This document shows, one piece after another, positions 13,801 to 28,900 of a DNA stretch of 64,000 nucleotides (position 1 is the first letter of the stretch; each line of letters opens with the position of its first letter). Both the position numbers and the translations under genes were made by a program. Origin of the DNA: Lytechinus pictus. Its lineage: Eukaryota. The DNA is taken from contig NC_087249.1 of NCBI RefSeq assembly GCF_037042905.1, forward strand, positions 6,822,001 through 6,886,000. Reading direction: 5' to 3'. The notes beneath the pieces were generated by a model. It saw nothing but the letters and a program-made list of their open reading frames with translations, had not been told where the DNA came from and searched no databases.

Positions 13801-16800
13801 GGGTGGATCTGATAGAAAAATTAAGATGGCATGCGCCACTTTAAGTCCTTTGCCATTCTATATTCAAAATCAATAACTGGTGTTGGTCAACAATCATTAA
13901 TATCAAACTTACCTTCTTATGTTTGATTAACTGAAGTCACTTTCGTAGTATCTGGTGGATGTTTCATAAAGCTGTTCGTATGATAAGAGCGACTTTAAGA
14001 ACGACTGGTGATCCTTTCTTTTGGTAAATGGTATATACCATTGACGATGGTTTAGCACGTAAGAAAGGTTCACCAGTCGTTCTTAAAGTCGCTCTTCAAT
14101 TACGAACAGCTTTATGAAATGCCCCGACATTGTGTAAAATAGTCGTGGTGTGGACAGTAACAGGACTTGGTAATGTATCACAAAGAATTATAATAACCTA
14201 CTGGAAAGGACACAGTGTTGCACAGTGTGTACTACGGTGTATACAGTGTGTTCACACGGTGGAACACAAAGTGTTCACTTTCACACTGTTACACTGTTTA
14301 CCTTCACACTGTTACATTTCAGCCTATCAACAGTGAATCACATAGTCGACCATGTGAACACGCTGTGAACAGGCACACACTGTCGATTTGTCCCCATAGT
14401 GTAACTGTAAATGTCTTCACACTGTTGAATTTCAATATTTTAATAGTGTGAATAGTATTTTCCACATAGTCCACTATGTGAACACACTGTGATCACGTAG
14501 TAGGACACTGTGTTCTTTACAGCTTTAAAAACGACATTTTGGTTTATACCGTATTGGTCAGATCACGCTCGTAAAAACACGCTATATTGCATATAAATTA
14601 GAACAATGGAACTATAGAATGAAAAACATAAATATCTAAAGTAATCGCAAATGAGACATGGTTTTGGCAAAGTCATAACAATTTTAAAGTCAATATTCTG
14701 ATAGGCATTTGGGAAAATAATATAAAGTTCAAGTATTCGTGTTTTAATAAAGGTTTTAGCAACTAAACTTATATAACCGTGTAGGATCTCTGCGTCACAA
14801 AAAGAATTCTTGCCAATTCATTTAAATTACAAATCTCTCCATTTGTGCAGGGTTTTTCGCGACCTCAAATCCTTGTTGCATTAGAACTTGGATTCATGAA
14901 TAACAGTAGTCTTAGGGCCTTTTCGCACGTGAATATTGAATCATCATTGTAATGATGATTGCTATTGTACTCATGACTGTGATTAGCGTTCGTGATTCTA
15001 ATCATGTTCTAGTTTGGTTTCACACGTGCTAAATATTCGCCATTAGCCTTATTTTTTCACTGGAATCATCATTCAAATTACGATTTTTTACCGTGTAAAA
15101 GGACGGTTAGACTAACATGCATTGAATGAATGGTTTACTTTTTCAATAATACAAAACGGGTCGTTTGAGCAAAAATTATCCTGGTAGGAAAGGCTTATTG
15201 ACTCTGGTTATAGAAACCACTGCCAATACGGTTTCAACCATTGCAATACAACACTTTGGTACCAAAATTGCTTTTCGTCAGCATGACCGAAGCCCCAAAT
15301 TCACGAACCGATGCCACATTGTTCACGTAAATTTGAAGTCTTTTTGCGGTTTACAAGTAATATATTATACCTTTAAAAACAAAAGAGACTCAATAAGGGA
15401 CCTAAATGTCTTAACCCTTGCGAGGCGGGAACCCGTGAACCCTGCATGACCTGGGTGGATCCTGGGTGGAACCAAATTTTCTTCTTAATTGTCCTTGTCT
15501 GGTTCCCTGTCTTCTTACCTGGTAACAGTACACCACTGGTGGCACCGCGAGGGCGCCATGCCGCGTCTTGATTAGTCTGCAGGCACAGACCCTGGTTGAA
15601 AATTTGATCAACACGTGGGTTTTCTCACAAGACTATCACATATAAAACTTGTTTTATATGCTTCAGTACAAGTCACTGTAGGCTTCGCATTCAGACCACT
15701 TAACCGGAAAGAAGGGTTTTGCACAGGAGACTACATCTTGGTCGCCTGAAGCCGGTTAAATGAAATTATTTCGTGGTCTCTTATTTTTATTAGCACATTT
15801 TATATTTTGATAGCACAATGTAAACGGAGACTATTTATAATGTTACGTTTTACCAGTTTCTGTAAATAAATGTATCTTGTTTTAATACATCCAATTGAGT
15901 GATGGATTTCGCATCACGTGCTGTAAAGCAAAGACTTTTTTATTCAAATTTCATTGTTGTTGTTAATTCGACCATAAAATTTATGGTCGAATTAACAACA
16001 ACAATGAAATATTTAATATGATACAAGTCGTACAAGGTAAATGCAAAACTCAATTTGAAAGAGTACTAAGTAAAATGACAGAAAAATACATAATGAAAAA
16101 AAAAGAACGTTGCGTTTTTAAAGTGAATGTATTTTTTTGTAGTATATACGCAATTTCACGCTTAATTATAAGAAAATTGAAAGAAAACAATTCTTACAGT
16201 TTGAATCCTAATAAATGTTCTAAATTTCATCTCTGTTCTACATTAGAATTATAATAACATCGGTTAGATATTTAGTAGCTTCATATATATGTTATTACAA
16301 TATTATGATAAAAAATCAACGTGATATTTCCTCTGAAAGAAGAAGCAAAAGTATATAATTGAAATTCGTTAATGACGATTCTCCGTCATACAGACAATAG
16401 TTTTAATGCGAAGAGAAAGAGGCTTGTAAAAAGTCTAGACAGTCACAGCTAGCCATCAACGGGAATCGGCTAGATTGTAATGGAATATTATCAAATTTTT
16501 ATTACATTATATCTAGACCTTTACCTTTGAGAGGCTACAAGGTGATACACGTAACAAAAGAAAACTTCGTGAAGAAAGCATGGAAAAAGGAATAAACGCT
16601 TGAAACACGATAAAAGAACATTAAAAAGAAAAGGTTGTTTGTTTGATCAACATACTGACACAGGTAGTTTTAAATGTAAGAGGATACAGGAACATTTGTC
16701 AACTGGTTTATGAGACACACCCGGAGGTCCCCGCCCTACCAAGAAAAAATGGTTGATTAAAAATGAATTCTTTAATCACTTGTATAGATCTGAACGCAAT

Positions 16801-19800
16801 ATAAAATGAGTGGGAATAAAAGAAACAACATTATCCAATTGATTTAAACGTCAAAATGTGAAGCAGCAACATCTTTTAACGTCTTTTGATCTGACGCGGA
16901 CGTGGCTTGACATTCCGACCTCCCGGTTGTGAGACGGACGCTCTACCGACTGACCCAACACACATATAAACTTTTACATAACTAGAAGATGCTTCACAAT
17001 TACCCGGAATAAATCTTTCTAATCATATTAAAAAAGGTCCAGCAACGGGACTTGGGCAAGCTTGGATGGTATCACCAACGTTTGTCATCCGACAAGCTGT
17101 CAGATCTGACAACTTTCCTTGGCTGTGATTGGCTGAAAAGTACAGTTTTTACAGTATTTGTTGTTGTTGAATATTTAATTACAAAAATAAGATTGCGCGC
17201 GAATTATTCGGCTGGTATAAAAACTGACCAGGGTTTAAAAAATGTCATCATGAGTACATGGGTACACTTAATAAGATAAATTGTGGAGAAGAAAAAATCA
17301 TGGATGTTACTTTCCGATAACATAAGCTCTGGGTAATCTTGGAATGTATTTTTATCATGAGAGGTTCAGGAGAAGAGGACTGGGCGTGTCCTGTTAAGAC
17401 ATGCATCAAAGACACTCCCTAAATAATGCTAGAGGGGAAATACTTGATAGTTGATTCTTACTACTGTTTATCAAAGTGGTTGAGGAGATGAGGACAGGGC
17501 GTGTCTTTTTTAAGACATGGGCGTGGCTTTTTAAGACATACATCAAAGACACACCCTGAATAATGCTAGAGGGGAAAATACTTGATAGTTGGTCCTTACT
17601 ACTGTTTATCGAAGTGGTTGAGGAGATGAGGACAGGGCGTGTCTTTTTTAAGAAATGGGCGTGGCTTTTAAAGATATGCATCAAAGACACGCCCTAGATA
17701 ATACCAGAGAGGAAAACGACTTGATATCTCCTCCCTTATTATCTGGAATTGAAAGGATGGAGTACCATTCTACTTGAAACTACATAACTGCCCGTGATTT
17801 GATGATAACATTATTATATGACTTGAATTAAGATCAGCAAGAATGATGATGGTAGGAGTTTCCATCTGTACAACATACGGCACAGGGAGAGAAGGAATAT
17901 AGATACTTTGACAATTTTGTTCGTTTGATATTTATTGTTGCTGCAAGCTGTTGAATATAAACGCATTTGTTCGAGGTTTGTTTACATTTATTTGTAAATT
18001 TCATTGTCTTTTTTAAAGAAATCATTGGAAGATAAAGATATCTATTCAAATCTTTATGACGATTTTTTTCATTAAAAACAACAATATGTCCCAATGATCT
18101 GGTATAGAATAAAGAAATAATATTGATTTTATGCTGGGAGGGGATGTTTATCGAATGAAATTAATAAAAAGCAAAATTCGATACTGAAATCATGTAAAAA
18201 AAAATGTAATTATTGCTTTTTTGCTTAATTTCAAGCAAAACATGATGCCGTGCCATTTTGTTTTTGGCACACATTCAACCAAGGAGGAAGATTTATCGCA
18301 TCATATTTCTTAAAACAATGCTCGAGCATCAACAAATATACAAGCCCCTAGCGACTCACATCAATGTGTTTTCAAATAATATCCCCCAAACCGCATAAAA
18401 CTAATCCAGTAATCCAATAATAACAGTGCTCGGCATATGACAAAACATCATAATTTCACGTACACAATGGAATGATATTATTTTCTTCTTTTAAATCAAA
18501 TCACGAAAGAATGTTGGAATGGCATTCCAGTATTCTTGATAAACAAGAATTATATTGCAACCTGTTCTAGGGAGAAACAAAATTATTTCGGTGAGCATAA
18601 ACATTTATCATTAGGCGATAGCAGATTTAGGTAGATCGACATTGACATAGATATTGGTTATTTACACAATTAATTGGTTGGGGCCGTGTTCTGTTGCTTT
18701 CTTGCACATTCATCTAATGGTGGTAAAATGAAAACAAAAATAAAGAAGATAACTTGCCTACCATTCTGGTTCCACCAATCCTGGTAGTTAAAGGGGTTGC
18801 GAACTGATCAAGACTTTGCGTGGTCTCTTATTGATTGTGTGTGTTATAAACAACTATTCTTGAAAATATACATTTTGAGATAACCATCAGTAATAAAGAG
18901 AATGAATTAGCCAACAATTTTATTTCTACTAAGAAACTAAAATGTTTGTGATAGGAAAGTACCTCTTTTTCTTCTAGGTAACATGATTAATGCGGTTTGA
19001 ATGTATCGAGTGGTGAATTAGTATGTTATCATTGAAGTGGGCCTACATTACAAGACTACACAGCTCAGAATGTTGTATTATGCTGGCTGAATAGTTTGAG
19101 AACTTGAGGTGGAGCTAGTAAGGCTGCTGGTTCGTTGCTGCTTTAAGCTTTGCCTTCGATTTGGGAGTAATCGATATTTCTGCCACGCCAAACAAACTTA
19201 GGATATATCTGTTAATGGGATCAGCTATACTGCAAACCTAGATTATGGAGTGCGACCGACATTAAATATGGGTCAACTACATGTAATACGACAGATGATA
19301 CTGAAAAATAAATAGCTGGTCTGTCAAAGTTGTTAGACTAAATTTTCTTTAATATGATGCCTCAGAATTTTGGAACATATTTCTTTAAACTAAAAAGAGA
19401 AAAAACAATTCGGTCTAGAGTCTTGAGTAACACATCATGTATTGCATTGTCAAGTAGACTTGACGAGTGAGCTATGTGATATTTACACATGTTGGTCCAA
19501 TTTCTATTTTCACATACTTATTGGAACTTAAATTTCTAATTTACTTTTTATTGTTTCTGACTTGAGAATATATGATATATATCAGATGTATGATTTGGTC
19601 TAATGTAATACAGTGTTTCAGATGTTTGAGATTGATATGGCATGAAGAACAAAAATATTAGGATCCATGTTTTTTTACCGTATGCTTTGTCTAGGTCTAT
19701 TGTTAGATATTAATCTAGTGCTTGCAATATACAATGAATACATCAAGGTGGTTGCAACTACAATTACAATATTTGAACAACGAAAAAAATCTGCAATTTC

Positions 19801-19860
19801 GAATCATACCGGTTCGAAAATATTATTAGAAATAATCTTATGTCTGGAATTTGATTTGCT

Positions 19861-19938
<78 letters not shown>

Positions 19939-22900
19939 AATAATGGTGTGGAGCGTTGTGGCCCAGTGGATTAGTCTTCTGACTTTGAAACAGAGGGTCG
20001 TGGGTTCGAATCCCAGCCATGGTGTAATTTCCTTCAACAAGAAATTCATCCACATTGTGCTGCACTCAACTTAGGTGAGATGAATGGGTACCCGGCAGGA
20101 TTAATTCCTTGAATGCGTGAGCGCTGAAAGGCAGCTCGAGCTAAAGCCGGGGTAATAATAATAATAATAACAACGCGCCTCGGAATAGAATATTTCTAGA
20201 TAGATGGCGCTATATAAATGCCTATTATTAGTATTATTATTATCATAATAACGGTATATTTACCAAGGGTAGCCACTTCAGCTCCGAAAACTGTTCACCC
20301 AGCGGGCCCTGCTATTACAACCCCGGCTAAGCTATTCAGGTGCACACAGCTTTTTGATGAACTTCTTCCTGCCGGTACCCATTTACCCCACCTGGGTCGA
20401 GTGCAGCACAGTGTGGATGAATTCCTTGTTGGATGAAACTACGCCATGGCTGGGATTCGAACCCACGACCCTCTGTTTCAAAGTCCGGAGACTAATCCAC
20501 TGGGCCACGACGCTCCACTATTACTAGTACTTTTGAACATCACCAGGATCCCGACGTACGAAGATTGAGCGATCAGTCACAAATCAGTTGCGCATGAACA
20601 ATCAATCAAAACTTGGGAAAGCCAGTGACGCAATTATTCGAATTTACAAAATCCTTTTCCCAAAATATGATGAACACCCATGCATGCATTATTTGTTTCC
20701 GATCAGCATACGTCATTTAATCTACATAAGGGAAAGTACTCATATTTTCTTAATCATCAAAAACTGGCTGCTTTCCATACTCACATTTCTTAATCATCAA
20801 AGATTGACTTCTTTCCATAGTATAGATTGTTGAGAACAAACGAATCTCCTTTTAAGACAGTACATTGATTTATCCTGCATAGAACAGTTAACAGTATGAA
20901 TATGAAATGTATGCCTTACTATTATTTCATGAGCTCCACTTACATGCTTAATTTGATCGTTTATATGTTTCACGCAATACTTCACTCTGCTACGTATTTA
21001 GATAATGTGAAATTTTGTCAATATCAATGCGTCGAAACAGTTTGTACTTGTACTTGTGTTTGATGTGTGAGCTAAAAAAGTTGATGAAATATACTGAAAC
21101 GAATCATATGTGTTATATCCCCAAACGAGGCCATTTTCTTGAGGTTCGTGTTATTAATTAATTCACTTCCCATCTAGGAATATCTTTCAATTATAATTGG
21201 AGCATTATTCAAACATATATACTATACCGTACTGATTGAATGTCGCATCTTTACAAGAAATATTAAATAACATTGTATAGCTTCTGTGTAAGCAAAGCGA
21301 TACAAGGTGAACATACATGTAAGATATAACAAATATGATTAAATCGAACTGAAGTGAACTAAATTAAATGATATCATTCTGATCTTTTACAGAAGCAGAT
21401 CTTTTCGACGGCTTCAGTATCTACAGTTCTCGCATCCCCGGCATCTCACCGGCACCTCAGGAGAACTCCAACATCTACGGCGATGCGTTCTTCTTCAACG
21501 GCATGGGCATCCGTTACCCCATCATAGCCAACGAGGAATTCTTCAAGAAGTTCGCCAAGGAGATGCGGAAGAACGAGGATGTGTACTTCGTAATACGATC
21601 ACGACTTGCTCCTCGGCAGCATGGCGTCTTCTTTGGAGTGTACTCCAGTAATTACTACTCACCCGATAGCTTCAGATCCCCACTCAGGTTCGAGCTCTCC
21701 TACAACGGAACAAATGGAGGAAAATGTATGTTAGAAAGGATATCAATTATTGTATAACTGTACCGGAAAATTCATTATCTTGACATTTTATGGTTACCTT
21801 ATGAACTCGTAAAAAATTATGAATATAGACGAAATGTTTGTTCATCAATGCAAGTGAGAGTAATTGATCTTTTTAAAACATTAGTCAAAGATTCGAGGAT
21901 GCCTTCATTTCGGTTAAGACACAATTTAATTTTTGATTCAATTCTTTGAAATTGACTATAAAAATCCAGTGTCCCAATGATATCTGATCATTTAGTAATT
22001 TTTGGAGTGTTGCATATGTTGATACATGTAGAATAAATCCAGAAAAACTCCAAGAAAATATGTTTGCCTTTTAATGGTTAATCAAGGTTATATACTACAG
22101 TACCATTTGCTGGGCAATCCACCTCAGCGAAATCGTATTATTGCTACTATGATCCCGGTAAAGGTCCCCTTTCCTTTCCACCATTGCAGTGGTACTCAAA
22201 TACCGAATAGGAGACCAGCAGCGCCAGGCGGAGTTCGCCAACCTCCCGATCGTCGACGGCGACTGGCATACCATCCTCCTCCAGTTCCACTCCGAGCGAT
22301 CCGGTACGACCCTCACACTCTATGTCGACTGCAGGCTCGCTAAACAGATGGACATCGATGACAGGTTGTCACGGGTCTTTTCCCGGACGGTTATCGACGG
22401 TTCGGAGATGAGACTGGGCCAGGCCGGTTACGGCATGACTGCAAACCCGTTGAAGGTAGGATGTTTGATGTATGTTTGTTTCATTTTTCACCATGTAACA
22501 TGATAATCACTTTGACAAAAAGAGATACACTTTTATTTGTATAGTGTAAATACTATCTGAATAAATTCAGTAAAGAAAGAATGTTATGTTTTTTATTGTG
22601 ATGATCATAAAATGAATATCTATCATCTCAATTCAGCTATCCTCCTTGCAATGGTAATGTGAAAGAATAGTGGTGAGTGGCTCCTGGATAGTGTTTAAAA
22701 CAAATACACATGCATCAATGATCTTGAATGACACATTGATTGTAATAATAATAATGATGATAATAATAATAATAAAATTAATAATTATAATATTGATAAT
22801 GACACAGTTCTTACATATTACATTATAACACAACATCACTACGTGCTTCCAAAGGACTGGATATTATCAACCTGGCTTTAGCCCCGCAGCATTTTACAGC

Positions 22901-25900
22901 GCGGTGGCATTTCAAGGAATATATTCCTGACAGGTACCCATTTACCTCACTTGGGTTGAATGCAGCACAATGTGGACCAATTTCTTGCTGGAAGAACTTA
23001 CCACGACCCTCTGTTTCAAAGTCACAATGCTCTACATTTTTGTTTCAGGGCCAAATATCAAATTATGATCACATTGTTAGTCATCCCCATGTACAAACCC
23101 GCGCACGCCTACCAGTTCTTGCTCATTCGGCACAATGTAGATCCATCACATAATTCTTGGTCTGGACTTTATATCAGTGTTAAAAACTTTCCAAAACGTA
23201 ACTATTCAGACAAAAAAGATTCAAATACATATCGTGGTAATTGAATGGGTAAAAATTACTGATAAATATCAGTAATTGGTTTGTACAAACATAAATACAA
23301 ATATAAGTTTCTGTTCATATAGTACTGATAAATCTGTAAACTTTATAGTAAGATAGGCATTAAACGTTACATAATTGTAATTAAAAATGTAAATACTAAT
23401 AAATTTATCGAAATGACGGAAAACGATATGATTTCACTTGGGTTTACCTCGAAAGAGAGAAGAGAGAAAAAATTATGAAAATTATGTTACTTTGCCGAAC
23501 CATGTCAGTAGTTATGTTAATCTCGGGTCAATATGATATGCATTAACTTCTTCAGCTTTTGAATTGATTTTGATCGTAAATGTAACAACAGAAATGTTGT
23601 GATTATATCATTTGACAACTAGTCCAAGAGTGTCAGATTTACGAGGTCTTAATTTACCACGTTTCTTTAAATGCAGGGTACGATCCAGAATGCTAAATTT
23701 GTATATGGCGGTCCGATCATCGACGTACTTCATTTGCTGTCGTGCAGTCTCTCAACGGAGCCAAAGCCATTGGATGTCGATGGATGTAAGATATATATAT
23801 ATATACCACAGTCTTATCAAAGAGACCCGACACCTGATCCAACAACAAGATTGAGTTATTCTGAATTACGCAATATCAATTGGTGCATATGCGTCAGAGG
23901 GTTATCTTTTGTATCTGCGGGACTCAACCATAGATGACCCCCGTCCATGATGATGATGATGATGGGTATCATGGGTTCTTATATAGCGCCAGTATCCACA
24001 TCTGCTTGGCGCTCATGGCGCTTGAACAAAGGTTAATCCACTGCGCTGACACCCATGGATTGGTGTAGAGTTGCTTATTTGATATGACTGGAGCATTATT
24101 TGAAACTTCAACCTAATCACATTTTAAAGCTATTAAAACCCGGCTTTTACAAACGATATACTGGCAGACTCGCCATACAATCTTGCAGTTTATCACCCAA
24201 ATACTAAATTGCAATCGCAATTGTCCAATCTTACAATAGATTGTTTTATATTGTGTCTTCATGCTTGGAAAGAAGTTCCTCAACATCCAATAGAACCACC
24301 GATGTATTTGTATGTATATACCTGGATACTGGCAAGGATGAAAAAGCGCAATGCAACTATTGTCATGCTAAGTGTGAATGCAAATACGTAAGTGTACTTT
24401 AATCTAGATACTCGATCAAAATACGCTATTTCAATTTTACTACAAATCTGAATGAAAGAGCAACAATAAGTAAACCCCTTACTGTTTTTGTTTTCTTTCA
24501 AAGGGCCTGGTGCGACGGTTTTGATGGATGCTTTCCAATCCTTATCTAATACACTTATGGTCTTGAAAAATGGCATGGATGAGCAAGTAAGTAGATCAGA
24601 AAGAATATCAATTTACTCTAATACCTGTACTAAAACTTTCTCTCTCGCGTTATGGTGTTATTAGAGTAAACTGAATATGATCACTCTTCTCGTTTCTCAT
24701 TAAAGGGAGAAAAAGACATCCAGACAAGTTCAATTTTTCTCTTTACAAATGAGAGAATTATCTGTTGAAAAGGATTTTTTTAAACACTCACCTTTGCACA
24801 CACTGCGTTTGCCACACGCATCAGAAAAGTTAAACACCTTTGTTACACGTATTGAGAAAAGTCTAGTAATTATTTCCGCATGAAGTAGAACGAGTATAAT
24901 ATTTCTTGTCAACAATGATTTTGAAAAGGATTATGTTTTCGAGTATCACGTTACGAGTATCATACTTGCTAGGACAAATTTTATGTACTCGTCATGTTAT
25001 TCTAGAAATAGTCTTTTATTTTGACCCTATCTGGGCGAAGTCTGGAATTGTTTTCACCATCACTGAAACTAATGTTACCTTAACTTATTATTATCAAGAC
25101 AAGTCTATACATTTTTGTCACTATCCCTAATGCTTTTACTTTGCTGAAACGATCCTAACGTTTTTCGTCTAACTCACCAAGTCGAGTCTCATACATGTAT
25201 TTTCGTCACCCTCGTCAAGTCTCGTTTTACATATTGATAACCTTCACCAAAACGAGTATCATATTTTCTTCGCCCTTACAAAACCGATTCTTATATGTTG
25301 TTCATACTTATCAAGTCAACACTACATTTTTTCCTCCCTAACAAGACATGTTTGATATATTCGTCACCCTCACCAAGTCGAATCAACATATTCACCTTCC
25401 TCAATAAGTCGAGTCTTATATTTTCGCCACCGTCACCTAGTTAAGTATAACACAGTGTTAATCTTCAACAGTTCGAGTCTTTTCTATTTGTTACTCTCAC
25501 CAGGTCAGGTCCAACATATTCGTCACCAATACCAAGTCGACTCTTATATTTACCATACCCTCACAAAGACCTATCTTACATTACAATAGCCCCGTCAAAA
25601 TGAGGGTCTGACATGTTTGCCACCCTTACCGGGTCAGGTATAACATATCGACCGAATGAGTCTTATTTATTTCCGTCATTATTACCATGTCGAGTCATAT
25701 ATGTTCGTCATCCTCACCAAGTCAGGTCTAGCATATTCATTACCCTCACAAAATCGGCTTGTCTCGGTGAGGGTAACGAATATGTACCCGTCTTGGTCAG
25801 GGTGACAATTATGCTAGATTCGACTTAGCGAGGGTGACGAATGTGGTAGATTCGACTTGATGAGTTGGAAGAATATGCAATACTCTTTTTGGTGAGGGTA

Positions 25901-28900
25901 ACGAATATGCTAGACTAATTTTGGTTAAAAGAGACGAATATGTAAGACTCAACTGAGTGAGGATGATGAATATGTAAGACTCGACATGGTAAAGGTGATG
26001 AAAACATAATACTCGACTGAGTAAGGATGACGAATATGCTAGACTCAGCTTGGTCAGGATGACAAATATGCTTGACCCGTTTTGGTGAGGGTGGCGAATA
26101 TGCTAGACCCGTTTTGATGAGGGTAATGAATATGCTAGACCAGTTTTGATGAACTTGACAAAATAATATGTAGGACTCGACATGGTGAGGGTGAGGAATA
26201 TGGTAGACTCGATTTGGTGAGGGTGACGAATATGTAAGATCCGTATTGGTGAGGGTGACGAATATGCTAGACACGTCTAGGTGAGGGTGACGAGTATGCT
26301 AGACACGTCTAGGTGAGGGTGACGAGTATGCTAAATTAGTTTTGATGAGATTGACGAATATGCAGATCCGTTTTGGCGAGGTTAACGAATATGCTAGACA
26401 TGTTTTGGTGAGGGTGACGAATATGGTAGACCCGTTTTGGCGAGGTTAACGAATATGCTAGACATGTTTTGGTGAGGGTGACGAATATGGTAGACCCGTT
26501 TTGGTGAGGTTAACGAATATGCTAGACATGTTTTGGTGAGGGTGACGAATATGGTAGACCCGATTTGGTGAGGGTGACGAATATGCTAGACCTTTCTTTG
26601 GGAGGATGACAAATATGCTAGATTCGTCTTTGTTAGGGTGACGAATATGCTAGACACGTCTTATGTGAGGGTGAGGAATATGGTAGACTCGACTTGGTGA
26701 GGGTGACGAATATGTAAGATCCGTATCGGTGAGGGTGACGAATAGGGTAGACCCGTTTTGGTAAGGGTGACGAATATGCTAGACCAATCTTGGTGAGGGT
26801 GACAATATGCTAGACTCGTCTTGGTGAGGGTGACGAATATGCTAGATTAATTTTGGTGAGATTGACGAATATGCAGACCCGTTTTGGTGAGGGTAACGAA
26901 TATGAGGGTGACGAATGTGGTAGATTCGACTTGATGAGTTGGACGAATATGCAGTACTCTTTTTGGTGAGGGTAACGAATATGCTAGACTAGTTTTGGTT
27001 AAAAGTGACGAATATGTAAGACTCAACTGAGTGAGGATGATGAATATGTAAGACTCGATTTGTTAGGGTGAAGCATATGGTAGACTCGACCTGGTGAGGG
27101 TGACGAATATGTAAGATCCGTATCGGTGAGGGTGACGAATATGCTAGACACGTCTAGATGAGGGTGACGAGTATGTAAGATCCGTATCGGTGAGGGTGAC
27201 GAATATGCTAGACCAATCTTGGTGAGAGTGACGAATATGCAGACCCGTTTTGGTGAAGGGTAACGAATATGCTAAACTCGTTTTGGTGAGGGTGACGAAT
27301 ATACTAGACCAAACTTGGTGAGGGTGACGAATATGCTAGATTTGTCTTGTTGAGGGTGACGAACATGCTAGACCAATCTTGGTCAGGATGACGAATATGC
27401 TAGGCTCGTTCTTGTGAGGGTGACGTATAGGCGAGACCCGTTTTGGTGAGGTTGACGAATATGTAAGGCCCGCCTTGGCCAGGATGACGAATATGCTAGA
27501 CTCATTTTGGTGATGGTAATGAATATGACACGCAGACCCATTTTGGTGAGTGTAACGAATATGCTAGACTCGTTTTGGTGAGGATGAATAATATGCTAGC
27601 CCAATCTTTGTGAGGGTGACGAATATGCTAGACTCGTCCTTGTGAGGGTGACGAAAAGGCTAGACCGGTTTTGGTGAGGGTGACGAATATGCTAGACTAG
27701 TTTCGGTTAAAGGTGACGAATATGTAAGACTCAACTGAGTGGGGATGATGAAAATGTAAGACTCGATTTGTTAGGGTGAAGCATATGGTTGACTCGACTT
27801 GGTGAAAAATATGCTAGACCAATCTGTGTGAGGGTGACGAATATTCTAGACCAATCTTGGTCAGGATGACGAATATGCTAGGCTCGTTCTTGTGAGGGTG
27901 ACGAATAGGCGAGACCCGTTTTGGCCAGGATGACGAATATGCTAGAATCATTTTGGTGAGGGTAATGAATAAGCAGACCTATTTTGGTGAGTGTAACGAA
28001 TATGCTAGACTCGTTTTGGTGAGGGTGAATAATATGCTAGCCCCATCTTTGTGAGGGTGACGAATATGCTAGACTCGTCTTTGCCCGGTTGACGAATATG
28101 TTTGACCAATCTTGATCAGGATGGCGAATATGCTAGACTCGTCCTTGTGAATGTGACGAAAATGCTAGACCGGTTTTGGTGAGGGTGACGAATATGCTAG
28201 ACTCGTCTTGGTGAGGGTGACAGATATGCTAGACTCGTCTTGGTGATGGTGACGAATATGCTAGACTCGTTTTGGTGAGGGTGAAGAATATGCTATACCC
28301 GTTTTGGTGAGGTTGGTGAATATGTAAGGCCCGCCTTGGCCAGGATGACGAATATGATATACTCGCTTTGATGAGGTTGACGACTATGTAAGACCCGCCT
28401 TGGTCAGGATGAAGAATATGCTTCATACGTTTTGGTGAGGGTGACTCGTCTTGGTCAGGTTGACAAATATGTTTGACCAATCTTGATCAGAATGGCGAAT
28501 GTGCTAGACTCGTTCTTGTGAGGGTAACGAATATGCTAGACTCGTCTTGGTGAGTGTGAGAGATATGCTACACTCGTCTTAGTGAGGGTGACGAATATGC
28601 TAGACTCGTTTTGGTGAGGGTGACAAATATGCTATACCCGTTTTGGTGAGGTTGATGAATATGTAAGGCCCGCCTTGGCCAGGATGACGAATATGATATA
28701 CTCGCTTTGATGAGGTTGACGACTATGTAAGACCCGCCTTGGTCAGGATGACAAATATGCTTCATACGTTTTGGTGAGGGTGGTGAACATGAAAGACTCG
28801 ACTCGGTCAGGGTGACGAAAATGTAATATCCGTCTTGATGAGGCTGACGAACATGATATACTCGGATTAGTGAGGGTGACGAATATGTAAGATCCATATT

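Noticed and set aside
15411..15720. TTAACCCTT start resembling a piggyBac terminus
   Set aside because: No matching AAGGGTTAA right end or TSD found; cannot be supported.
19667..20074. 135-aa ORF with poly-Ile and a tRNA-like sequence
   Set aside because: (AAT)n microsatellite plus a SINE head. The tRNA-like part runs straight into the SINE core, so it is not a tRNA gene.
24270..24310. Possible extra Pro-rich TSP-B micro-exon (…[10 protein letters not shown])
   Set aside because: The available AG/GT combinations give a stop or the wrong phase; 23785 splices in frame directly to 24504.
25613..28897. ORFs within the 32-bp array, and a CRISPR-like appearance
   Set aside because: Contiguous tandem units with no unique spacers, no cas genes, and a eukaryotic intronic context. 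The ORFs are repeat translations.
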